Shown here piece after piece: positions 1 through 8,200 of a stretch of DNA of 64,000 bases; positions within the stretch are counted from its first letter, which is position 1; each line of letters opens with the position of its first letter. Source of the DNA: an uncultured Chlorobiota bacterium. Lineage in GTDB: Bacteria > Bacteroidota > Bacteroidia > Bacteroidales > JAADGE01. Position numbers and translations under genes: made by a program. A model generated the notes under the pieces. It ran no database searches and was not told the origin of the DNA. It saw nothing but the letters and a program-made list of their open reading frames with translations. The stretch covers positions 2,982 to 66,981 of the forward strand of contig CAMZKV010000042.1 in the NCBI GenBank assembly GCA_947311445.1, in the 5' to 3' direction.

Positions 1-363
1 ATTAAGTTTTGTAACAATATAAAAGAAAAAAATGTTTTTCTTGAAGGACAAGAAATTAGATATAGTAATGTTTTTAAAGATGAAGGAATAAATGTTAATT
101 TTATTAAGATTAAAGATAGTAAGACTTTAAATATAAGAACCTACGAGAGAGGTGTTGAAGATGAAACTCTTGCTTGTGGAACAGGAGCTGTTGCTGCTGC
201 TCTAACTTTTGCAAATATAAGCAATGAATTATCAGGCGAATATACAATTATTGCAAGAGGAGGAATTTTGAAAGTAAGTTTTGCAAAAAAACAAAATAAT
301 TTTCAAGATATTTGGTTAACTGGCCCTGCGGAATTTATTTTTGAAGGATTTTTTCAGTTATAG
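1..363 (+). CDS. dapF: diaminopimelate epimerase, C-terminal part (5' end lies outside the window)
   Basis: Frame 1 is open from base 1 to TAG at 361-363. The translation ...NIRTYERGVEDETLACGTGAVAAALTF...IWLTGPAEFIFEG carries the second active-site Cys motif (ETLACGTG) typical of DapF. Confidence 0.8.
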   Translation: MKFCNNIKEKNVFLEGQEIRYSNVFKDEGINVNFIKIKDSKTLNIRTYERGVEDETLACGTGAVAAALTFANISNELSGEYTIIARGGILKVSFAKKQNNFQDIWLTGPAEFIFEGFFQL

Positions 364-375
364 AATTTGCAAATT

Positions 376-903
376 CTAAAACTCAAATGAATCAAAAAAA
401 GTTTTAATCTTTCTATTTCTTTCTTTTTCATTGCTTATAACAATTAATTGAAACTGTACTTTATTAATTATAAAAACACGATAAAAAACATACATATTTT
501 TATCATCAAGAGATAAAAAAGCTTCTGTTCCTTTTATTTTATTGTATTTTATCTTTTTACTATTTTGAATTGTTCCTTTTATTCCTGTTTCAAAAGATTG
601 CAAAGAAGCATTCATATATGTCTCATTATCAGAAGATACAACAGGGTTTGAATGTTCAGTATATTTTAACATGTAAACGTCAGTTCCCAACAAAGCTGTA
701 TATAATTCTGTTTTAAGACCTTTATTATCGGAACTTTCTTCCATTTTATATTCAGCAGGAAAATTTATTGAGAAACTTGGCTTTTCTTTTGTTAATTTAA
801 AACTTGTTTTCTTTGTGCTTACATTAGTGTTTTGAGCACTTAAACTAAAACTAAGAAGTATGGAAACTAGTAATATCAAATTTATTTTTAATTGTTTTTT
901 CAT
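376..903 (-). CDS. hypothetical secreted protein
   Basis: 175-aa ORF with an N-terminal signal peptide (MKKQLKINLILLVSILLSFSLSAQ). No family recognised. The start codon is embedded in the end of a repeat module (901-1015). Confidence 0.55.
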   Translation of the reverse strand: MKKQLKINLILLVSILLSFSLSAQNTNVSTKKTSFKLTKEKPSFSINFPAEYKMEESSDNKGLKTELYTALLGTDVYMLKYTEHSNPVVSSDNETYMNASLQSFETGIKGTIQNSKKIKYNKIKGTEAFLSLDDKNMYVFYRVFIINKVQFQLIVISNEKERNRKIKTFFDSFEF

Positions 904-1015
904 CTGTCTAAAAAAAAGTTAAAAGTTTGAAAGTATAAAGTTAATTTGTTTTTATTAAAAATTTCTAAGAAAATATCATTTTATTAATTCCCTTCCATTG
1001 TGTGTCAAAATTTTT
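901..1015 (-). repeat. start-codon-abutting repeat, S-type module
   Basis: The reverse complement reads AAATTTTGACACACAATGG...TTTTTAATAAAAACAAATTAACTTTATACTTTCAAACTTTTAACTTTTTTTTAGACAGATG and ends on the ATG of the 376..903 gene. Confidence 0.65.
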
Positions 1016-1061
1016 ATTCATCATTTCTTATTTTCATATACAAATATACTATTTTTTATTT

Positions 1062-2312
1062 CTATTCATAATATCCTAAAATAAACTTTCTTAGCATATC
1101 TAGCGATTTTGAACTTGCAAATCTCACATTCAGTAGTCTTCGTTTTCCAAAAGTATATTTCTTGGAAATTACTTTATTCTTTCCGGCAATAGCAATCCAA
1201 GTTGTTCCAACAGGTTTTTCCATTGTTCCACCACCAGGTCCGGCAATTCCGGATATTGCAATAGAATAGTCAGTATTAAAAATATCTCTTTGTCCTTTTG
1301 CCATAGCTTCAACAACTTCTTTGCTTACAGCTCCGTATTTCTCAAGAATATTTTGTGAAACTTTAAGCTGTTTATTTTTAATTTCGTTTGAATATGCTAC
1401 AACTCCTCCTTTAAAATAGTTAGAACTTCCGGGAACAGATGCTATTAATCTTGAAACATTTCCTGCTGTACAACTTTCTGATATTGAAAGTGTTGCCTCG
1501 TTTTCAATTAATAATTCCCCTATTATGTTCTCTAAAAACTTATCTCCATATCCGAAAATATATTTTCCAATAATACTTTTTAATTTTTCAATCTCAAAAT
1601 TAATAATTTCTTCTGCTTTTTTCTTTTGCTCACAAATCATGCTCAATCTCAATCGTATTCTTTCAGGAGAAGGAAGATATGCTAATTTTATTTTATCATT
1701 AAGGTTTTGTTCCCAATCCGACAACTTTTCTGCTAAAAATGCTTCGGGAATACCATAAGTCAAAACTGTTTTATGAATTATATTTGGCAATTTCATATCT
1801 TTTTTAAGCTCAGGAATTACTTTTCTCTCAACTAATTCTTTCATTTCAAAAGGAACAGCAGGCAAAGAAACAATTATAGTTTCATCTTTTTCAAACCACA
1901 TTCCGGGTGCTGTACCATTTTTATTTCTTAAAATTTTACAATTTATGGGAACTTCTGCTTGTTTTCTGTTTCTTTCGTTATTTAGTTTAAAACCTTTTGA
2001 TTGGATAAAGTTTGTAACATCTTCTAAAACTTCTTTATTTTCTTTAAGCTCAGAATTAAAATATTCTGCAAGAACTTGTTTTGTAATATCATCCTCTGTT
2101 GGGCCTAATCCTCCGGTTATTACTATTAAGTTAACTTCATTAATTATTGAATCTAAAACACTAATTATCTGTTCTTTATCATCGCCAACGGTTATTATTC
2201 TTCGAATTTCAAAGCCAATATTATTTATTTGCTCTGCAATCCACTGAGAATTTGTATCAGTTATTTGACCTATTAAAATTTCATCTCCAATAGTTATTAT
2301 ATCTGCTTTCAT
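1062..2312 (-). CDS. cinA: CinA family protein (competence/damage-inducible; nicotinamide-nucleotide amidohydrolase-type C-terminal domain)
   Basis: 416-aa ORF. N-terminal MoCF-like motif MKADIITIGDEILIGQITDTNS and C-terminal PncC-like region (ISESCTAGN...ISGIAGPGGG). Confidence 0.9.
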   Translation of the reverse strand: MKADIITIGDEILIGQITDTNSQWIAEQINNIGFEIRRIITVGDDKEQIISVLDSIINEVNLIVITGGLGPTEDDITKQVLAEYFNSELKENKEVLEDVTNFIQSKGFKLNNERNRKQAEVPINCKILRNKNGTAPGMWFEKDETIIVSLPAVPFEMKELVERKVIPELKKDMKLPNIIHKTVLTYGIPEAFLAEKLSDWEQNLNDKIKLAYLPSPERIRLRLSMICEQKKKAEEIINFEIEKLKSIIGKYIFGYGDKFLENIIGELLIENEATLSISESCTAGNVSRLIASVPGSSNYFKGGVVAYSNEIKNKQLKVSQNILEKYGAVSKEVVEAMAKGQRDIFNTDYSIAISGIAGPGGGTMEKPVGTTWIAIAGKNKVISKKYTFGKRRLLNVRFASSKSLDMLRKFILGYYE

Positions 2313-2412
2313 GAGTCTAAAAAAGTTTAAAAGTATAAAGAGTTAATTTGTATTTATTAAAGATGCACGGTAAAAACTATTTTTTAGACATGCATTGAAT
2401 GTCAAAATCTTT
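2310..2412 (-). repeat. start-codon-abutting repeat, S-type module
   Basis: The reverse complement reads GATTTTGACATTCAATGCATGTCTAAAAAATAGTTTTTACCGTGCATCTTTAATAAATACAAATTAACTC...ACTTTTTTAGACTCATG and ends on the cinA ATG. Within it, 2341-2375 matches 37245-37279 at 34 of 35 nt. Confidence 0.75.
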
Positions 2413-2533
2413 GCTATAAGAGTTTCATATATGTTGTGATTCATTTTTATAAAAAACCGAACAAAATTGCCCGGTTTTTTTATAATCATATGTTTTTTTT
2501 TATAATAATTGTATATTATTCTAATTAAAAATT

Positions 2534-3346
2534 TTATCCCCAACTTTCTATATGAATTTGTCCTGGAGATTTCTTTTTGTGTTCAGTAAATCCGTCAGCT
2601 TCAAGATGTTCAAACATACTTTCAACCATTTTAGGGTTTCCACAAAGAAAAACATGAGTGTTCTCGGGAGTTGGTTTACATCCCAAAGCATCTTCTACAA
2701 CACCTGCAGCCCACATATCTTGTACAAATCTGTTATCTCCTGTCCATTTTGAAACTTCTTTGTCTGCTTCCAAAACAGTAGGTATATATTTGAATCTATC
2801 AGAAATATTTTGCAAAAGCATTAGTTCTGATCGATAGCCTAAATCCCAAGAATTTGCAGCTCCATGAATAACAACAATTTTTCTTGTATTATTACTCATA
2901 ATATTTGATCTTAACATACTTACATAAGGAGCAACTCCTGTTCCGGTTGCTATAAGAACAATATTATTATTCTCCGGGACTTGTTCCAAAGTAAACATTC
3001 CTACCATACGCTTTCCTAATTCAATTCTATCGCCATTTTTAAGATTAAACAATCTGGGAGTTAATGCTCCTGAACGTACAAGAGAAATATAAAACTCAAT
3101 AAATTCTTTTGATTTTGATGAAGATGCAATTGAATATACTCTTTTAATCATTTTGCCATCTTCGTATTCTTCGGCATCAGGTGCTGCCCCTTCAACTCTT
3201 TCAGCTGTTGCTGGCAATGCTAATGCTGCGAATTGCCCTGACAAGAAAGTAGGTAGTTCCCACCCATCCGGTGATATTCTAAATATCTTCATTGAAGGCG
3301 AAACGTCAATAATTTGAGATACTACTGCATTTAATTTATTATCCAT
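2534..3346 (-). CDS. ferredoxin-NADP+ reductase family flavoprotein (Fpr-like)
   Basis: 270-aa ORF. FAD-binding RxYS motif (KRVYSIASS), NAD(P)-binding GTGVAPY, and length and layout of the plant-type FNR family. Confidence 0.8.
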   Translation of the reverse strand: MDNKLNAVVSQIIDVSPSMKIFRISPDGWELPTFLSGQFAALALPATAERVEGAAPDAEEYEDGKMIKRVYSIASSSKSKEFIEFYISLVRSGALTPRLFNLKNGDRIELGKRMVGMFTLEQVPENNNIVLIATGTGVAPYVSMLRSNIMSNNTRKIVVIHGAANSWDLGYRSELMLLQNISDRFKYIPTVLEADKEVSKWTGDNRFVQDMWAAGVVEDALGCKPTPENTHVFLCGNPKMVESMFEHLEADGFTEHKKKSPGQIHIESWG

Positions 3347-3855
3347 TAGTTTTTATTTAAAATTTTTAAAATATCTGCTTCTAAACTTTTTTTTGTACTT
3401 TCAACTATTCGTCCTATTTCTTTACCTCTTTTATAAAAAATAAAAGTTGGTATTCGTTTAAACTCAATGTTTGAAAGCAACTTATTTTGAGATGATTTTT
3501 CGGTATCTATTCCAATTAGTTTTATTTTAGATTCTGAGAAATTAATTTTATCAACAATTTTGTAAAATCTTGGTAGCTCTCTCCTACTGTCATGGCACCA
3601 AGTTCCAAAAACAACTAAAACTTTTACATTTTTTAAATTTGAATTATTTTTTAATTTATTAATTAGCTCTACATCAGGATTATAACTATTATATTCAGAA
3701 ATAAACCATTTTTTAAATTCTTCTTTTTCAAATGCTTTTCTGTTACAATTTCCTATTAACTCAACTTTTTTTGTACGTTTATCAACAATAGTGTTGTTTA
3801 CTTTACAAGAAAAAAGAAATAAAATAAAAATAGTTAAAAATATTAGTTTCTTCAT
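3346..3855 (-). CDS. thioredoxin-fold lipoprotein (CxxS variant)
   Basis: 169-aa ORF with a lipoprotein-like signal (LFLFSC) and thioredoxin-fold motif VFGTWCHDSRRELP. It overlaps the start of the downstream FNR gene by 1 nt. Confidence 0.6.
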   Translation of the reverse strand: MKKLIFLTIFILFLFSCKVNNTIVDKRTKKVELIGNCNRKAFEKEEFKKWFISEYNSYNPDVELINKLKNNSNLKNVKVLVVFGTWCHDSRRELPRFYKIVDKINFSESKIKLIGIDTEKSSQNKLLSNIEFKRIPTFIFYKRGKEIGRIVESTKKSLEADILKILNKN

Positions 3856-3861
3856 TCTTTT

Positions 3862-4845
3862 TTAATTTTTAAAATCTCCAAAATATTTCATAAACTGAAC
3901 ACGTTCAAATACTCTGTTATATTTATTTTTATCAAAACTTAATTTTCCTTTCATATCATCAATATTTTGAAAATTATGTTTTGATGCTATTTCGTCAAAT
4001 TCTTTTAAAATTGTGCTGATATATTCTGCACCGTGTTGATATATTGCAGAAACAACATGAACAGCAGAAGCTCCTGCTAAAATTTGTTTTGCCATACTGC
4101 TTCCGTTATGAATTCCTGTAGTTGCAGCTATATCAGCGTCAATTTTATCAGATAATAATGCTACCCATCTTAAAGGTAAAGTATATTCATCAGGTGTGCT
4201 GAATACATTTGAAGAAGTAATATCTAATGTTTCAATATCTATATCAGGATTGTAAAAACGATTAAACAAAGTAAAGCCATCAACATTTTCTGATGCACTT
4301 AAATTATAAATTAATTTAGCTAAACCAGAAGAATAATAACTCATTTTAAGAGAAACAGGAATTGAAATAATATTCTTAATTTTCTCTGTAATTTTGAAAT
4401 AAATATCTTCATTATCGCAACTATCTTCAAAAGTGTCAGAAGGTAATAAAGCAATATTGAGTTCTAAGGCATCTGCTCCGGCTTTTTCAATTTCTTCTGC
4501 AAAACTTATCCATTCTGTATTTGTAACACAATTTATGCTTGCTATTACAGGAATATTTACACTTTTTTTAGAATTTTCAACTAAAGAAAGGTATTTTCTA
4601 ATTGTATTGTCTTTAGTGTATTCTCTTATATATTCATATGCTTCGGGATAATCATTGTCTCCAACATTTATTGCATGAGATATTTCTTGATTTATTTGCT
4701 CCTCAAAAAGAGATTTCAAAACAACAGCTCCGGCATTATTGTCTTCAAGTTTTTTAATTTTATCTGCACTATCTGTCAATCCTGAACTTCCTACTACCAA
4801 GGGATTTTTTATATTTAATCCTAAATATTTTGTTGATAAATCCAT
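3862..4845 (-). CDS. dihydroorotate dehydrogenase-like (PyrD-family TIM-barrel flavoenzyme) protein
   Basis: 327-aa ORF. N-terminal YLGLNIKNPLVVGSSGLT and C-terminal TTGIHNGSSMAKQILAGASAV resemble class-1 DHOD / dihydropyrimidine dehydrogenase-like barrels. Confidence 0.75.
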   Translation of the reverse strand: MDLSTKYLGLNIKNPLVVGSSGLTDSADKIKKLEDNNAGAVVLKSLFEEQINQEISHAINVGDNDYPEAYEYIREYTKDNTIRKYLSLVENSKKSVNIPVIASINCVTNTEWISFAEEIEKAGADALELNIALLPSDTFEDSCDNEDIYFKITEKIKNIISIPVSLKMSYYSSGLAKLIYNLSASENVDGFTLFNRFYNPDIDIETLDITSSNVFSTPDEYTLPLRWVALLSDKIDADIAATTGIHNGSSMAKQILAGASAVHVVSAIYQHGAEYISTILKEFDEIASKHNFQNIDDMKGKLSFDKNKYNRVFERVQFMKYFGDFKN

Positions 4846-4924
4846 TTTTAAAAATTTGTTTCACAAAATTAGTTATTTATTTTTTGTTTCCTAAATAAAA
4901 CTGCTTTTTATCTATTTTTAAAAA

Positions 4925-4960
4925 TAAAAAAAGGTTGCTCAAAACAGAGGCAACCTTTTA
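4925..4960 (-). terminator. rho-independent terminator candidate downstream of the cytochrome c gene
   Basis: Stem AAGGTTGC (4931-4938) / GCAACCTT (4950-4957). An A-run on the plus strand gives a T-run after the hairpin on the minus strand. Confidence 0.55.
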
Positions 4961-4978
4961 TAATATTTTTAATTTATT

Positions 4979-5101
4979 GAGTCTAAAAATCCTTGCTTGA
5001 ATAGTATCTACAAAAACTAAAATATTTAATTTCTGATTTACAATTAATTATCAAGCCTTAGTAGGAATCTTTTTAGAGTTAATTAATCTTTTTAGACTGA
5101 G
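4979..5101. repeat. inverted-repeat (MITE-like) element with GAGTCTAAAAA termini
   Basis: GAGTCTAAAAATCCTTGCTTGA (4979-5000) is an imperfect reverse complement of TCAAGCCTTAGTAGGAATCTTTTTAGAG (5051-5078). A second copy of AATCTTTTTAGA(CTGAG) lies at 5085-5101. The GTCTAAAAA end resembles the termini of the start-codon repeat family. Confidence 0.4.
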
Positions 5102-5129
5102 CTATAAAAAATAAAGATGAATTTAATAT

Positions 5130-5591
5130 TTATTTTGCAGCAGCTACGTCTTCAAGCGTTACGTTATCAAAATTATTATCCCATGCATGATTAACATAAT
5201 TTGTTACATCTACGATTTCTTGGTCAGATAGTTGATCTTTGAAAGCAGCCATTGCTGTACCTTCAGCTCCATTTAAAACTATTTTTAAATCACTTGCTTT
5301 TCCTTTTAATGCAGGGAATGTTTCTCCCATTCCTTCGCCATTTTCTTGATGACAAACTTGGCATTTACTTGCGTAAACAGTTTTTCCTGCTGTATAATCT
5401 ACGGCTTCTGTTACTTCTTCTGTTACTTCTTCTGTTACTTCCTCTACTTTTTTGTCTAATTCTTCTGTTGCTTGATTTGTTAAATCATTTGCAGTTTTTT
5501 CAGCATCTTCTTCGCTTCCGCAAGAAACAAATACTGTTGATAAACTGAAAATAAATAATACAGCTAGTAATGATAATGTTAATTTTTTCAT
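5130..5591 (-). CDS. class I c-type cytochrome, lipoprotein
   Basis: 153-aa ORF. Lipoprotein signal (VFVSCGS), acidic (EEVT)x3 linker, a single haem-binding CQVCH motif and a downstream Met-containing region (GTAMAAF). Confidence 0.85.
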   Translation of the reverse strand: MKKLTLSLLAVLFIFSLSTVFVSCGSEEDAEKTANDLTNQATEELDKKVEEVTEEVTEEVTEAVDYTAGKTVYASKCQVCHQENGEGMGETFPALKGKASDLKIVLNGAEGTAMAAFKDQLSDQEIVDVTNYVNHAWDNNFDNVTLEDVAAAK

Positions 5592-5678
5592 GATACCTTT
5601 TTTTGATTTTTAATTTAAAATTAATATAAAGTTATTTTGCAAAATTATAAAAAACTTTATTTGCAACAAATTTATTTG

Positions 5679-5890
5679 TTTTTGATTTCAGGGCAAACTC
5701 ACACTTTGTTAAAATCTGTTAAAAGTATTAATTTGCTTTAAATCGTGTCACGTTTTAACGTGTCACGATAACATTAATTTTTGATTTATATTTTTTATTA
5801 GTTTCATTATTCTTAAAACCTTAGTTTGAATTGTTAAATCAAATAAATTGTGTTGAAAAATAAAAGTATGAGTTTGCTCTGTTTTTGATT
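5679..5890. mobile_element. MITE-like non-autonomous element (about 193 bp) with terminal inverted repeats and flanking direct repeats
   Basis: TIRs CAGGGCAAACTCA (5689-5701) and TGAGTTTGCTCTG (5869-5881) match 12/13 as reverse complements. TTTTTGATT occurs on both flanks (5679-5687 and 5882-5890, with a 1-nt offset on the left). No ORF inside. Confidence 0.55.
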
Positions 5891-5894
5891 AAAA

Positions 5895-5930
5895 TAAAAA
5901 AAGAGAGGATTAAATCCTCTCTTTTTTTAT
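5895..5930 (-). terminator. rho-independent terminator of the 5948..6805 gene
   Basis: Perfect stem AAGAGAGGA (5901-5909) / TCCTCTCTT (5915-5923), loop TTAAA, with A/T runs on both sides. Confidence 0.75.
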
Positions 5931-5947
5931 TTTATATTTTTATAAAA

Positions 5948-6805
5948 TTATTTTGTTGAAGGTGCAACATCTTGAATTTTATAAGTCATGTCAGTTATTA
6001 ATTTATTTTCAGAAACATCTCCTACTTTTATTAATCCTGAAAGACCTGCTTCAGTTTTAAAATAAATTAAGTCTCCTGTTGCAAGATTTGTCATACCTTC
6101 TAATTCAGCATTAGCAGCTCCGGATGTTAAACTTGCATAATCAACAGCATCATAATCAGCACCAGCTCCTGAAATAAATAATGTATTAGGAGAACTCCAA
6201 GATGACATATCTAAACCAGCATCAAAATGATTTATTCCTGCTTCAACAGCTCCGGCAACAGAATATATAGAAGCATTTCCTGAATTTCCCCAGTAATGTA
6301 ATAAATCAATATTTGCTTGATTTTCAGTAGCTTCTGATGCTTTATATACAACAGCATTAGCTAAATCAATAAAACTTGCAGGAGTATCATTTTGGTCTCC
6401 AAGAGTTACTGTATGTTCAGTAATTTGGTCATCAATAGTAATAGTTACTCCTGCTTTTCTAGATTGACCTTCTTTATCTTCAACTAACACTTCAAAATCA
6501 AAAGTTTCAGTTACATCATTCCCTGGTATTACAACAGTATCCGCATGAGCAGTTTTACTGTCAAAGTCTTTTGTTATAGGAGTTCCATATCCGGCATCAC
6601 CTTTAAGAAAAGAAATTTTTTCTAATTCACCTTCTGCTTTTACAGAGTAAATAATTTTAACTTCTGTTCCTGCCATAACAGTTACGTCTCCACTACTAAT
6701 AGTAACTTCAGGTTCAGCAACTGCTGCCGGTTCAGGTTTGCAGCTTGTAACAAAAGCAGTTGTTATTGCAAAAAAAGCAACAAATAATAAATTTAATTTT
6801 TTCAT
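5948..6805 (-). CDS. hypothetical lipoprotein
   Basis: 285-aa ORF with a lipoprotein signal (AFVTSCKP). No family recognised. Confidence 0.55.
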   Translation of the reverse strand: MKKLNLLFVAFFAITTAFVTSCKPEPAAVAEPEVTISSGDVTVMAGTEVKIIYSVKAEGELEKISFLKGDAGYGTPITKDFDSKTAHADTVVIPGNDVTETFDFEVLVEDKEGQSRKAGVTITIDDQITEHTVTLGDQNDTPASFIDLANAVVYKASEATENQANIDLLHYWGNSGNASIYSVAGAVEAGINHFDAGLDMSSWSSPNTLFISGAGADYDAVDYASLTSGAANAELEGMTNLATGDLIYFKTEAGLSGLIKVGDVSENKLITDMTYKIQDVAPSTK

Positions 6806-7321
6806 AATTTAAATAATTTAGTTAAATAAAATAATTAATAGTTTTTTATATTTATAAAAATTCAATCAAAAAACGTCTAAAACGCTTATTGATTGTGCAA
6901 AATTAAAAAAAAATGTTAAAATTTATTAAAAAATCGTAGCTTTATTCTTAAATATTTAATTAAAAACAATTAAATATAGTCTTAATAAACTAATAATAAG
7001 AATATTACAAGAGAATAAAGTTTGTATGTTTTTTTGAGAGAATGTTAAAAAAACTTAATTTTTAAAAAAAAATGCAAGTTTTATAATATTATCTACTATT
7101 TATATTATAGCCAATGCAACATTTATTAAAAAAAAAACGTATATTGTAAGAAAGTAATAAAACATAGTTTTGTTAGATTACTTAAATTAGGAACACATTT
7201 TCATACTTAAAAAAATGTAAGTACTTTCTTAAATTATTACATAATTGTATAGTTATTAGTATTAAGGAAAATATTTAATACTAAATAAAAAATACAAAAA
7301 ATCACAATATATCCTAATAAA

Positions 7322-8185
7322 ATGAGACAATTAAAAATATCCAAATCCATAACCAACCGAGATAGTGCTTCATTAGACAAATACTTACAAGATATTGGCA
7401 AGGTAGATTTAATCTCTGTTGAAAAAGAAGTAGAACTTGCCCAAAGAATTAGAAAGGGAGACCAAGATGCTCTAAGGCAACTTACTGAAGCAAATCTTAG
7501 GTTTGTAGTTTCTGTTGCAAAGCAATACCAACACCAAGGTTTAAGTTTACCTGATTTAATTAATGAAGGAAACTTAGGTTTAATGAAAGCTGCCAAGAAA
7601 TTTGACGAAACAAGAGGTTTTAAATTTATTTCTTATGCTGTATGGTGGATAAGACAATCTATTTTACAGGCTCTTGCAGAACAGTCTAGAATTGTAAGAC
7701 TTCCTCTAAATCAAGTTGGTTCTGTGAATAAAATATATCGTTTTTTTTCTGAGTTTCAGCAAAAGTATAACAGAGAACCTACAACACAAGAAATTTCTGA
7801 GGAATTAGACATTACTACTAAAAAGATATTTCAGGTTCTTAAAGCTGCAGGAAAACATATGTCTATGGATGCACCTCTTACAACAGATTCTGACAGTAAT
7901 AGCCTAATTGATATAATGGAAAACGAAGGGACTGATCCTTCTGACAATTATTTAATTAGAGAATCTTTGCTACAAGAAATTGAACGTGCTTTATCAACTT
8001 TACCTGAGAGAGAGGCTTTAATTATTAAACATTTTTTTGGTGTGAATGATAAGGAGTTGTCATTACGAGAGATTGGGGATAAACTTGGTCTTACCAGAGA
8101 ACGAGTAAGACAATTAAAAGAACGTGCTTTAAGAAAGCTTAGAAAAAACTCACGAAATAAACATTTAAAAACTTTTTTGGGTTAG
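7322..8185 (+). CDS. rpoD: RNA polymerase primary sigma factor (sigma-70 family, Bacteroidota short form)
   Basis: 287-aa ORF with regions 2-4: DLINEGNLGLMKAAKKFD, YAVWWIRQSI, and LGLTRERVRQLKERALRKLR. Confidence 0.92.
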   Translation: MRQLKISKSITNRDSASLDKYLQDIGKVDLISVEKEVELAQRIRKGDQDALRQLTEANLRFVVSVAKQYQHQGLSLPDLINEGNLGLMKAAKKFDETRGFKFISYAVWWIRQSILQALAEQSRIVRLPLNQVGSVNKIYRFFSEFQQKYNREPTTQEISEELDITTKKIFQVLKAAGKHMSMDAPLTTDSDSNSLIDIMENEGTDPSDNYLIRESLLQEIERALSTLPEREALIIKHFFGVNDKELSLREIGDKLGLTRERVRQLKERALRKLRKNSRNKHLKTFLG

Positions 8186-8200
8186 TGTTGATGGTATAAT

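Noticed and set aside
2343-2543. 66-aa ORF in the cinA/FNR intergenic region; similar cases at 7237..7596, 17657..17899, 39479..39664 and 51774..51956
   Set aside because: These ORFs lie in AT-rich intergenic or repeat DNA, or overlap strong genes. Their composition is dominated by I/K/N/F/Y as expected from random AT-rich sequence, and no motifs were recognised.
5400-5450. Three tandem 12-bp repeats (GTTACTTCTTCT)
   Set aside because: They encode the (EEVT)x3 acidic linker of the cytochrome c lipoprotein. This is in-frame coding low complexity, not a regulatory repeat or a CRISPR-like array.
5252-5548. 98-aa Leu-rich plus-strand ORF
   Set aside because: It is antisense to the well-supported cytochrome c gene. 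Its low-complexity poly-Leu translation is produced by the complement of the GAA/GTA-rich acidic linker, so it is an ORF-track artefact.
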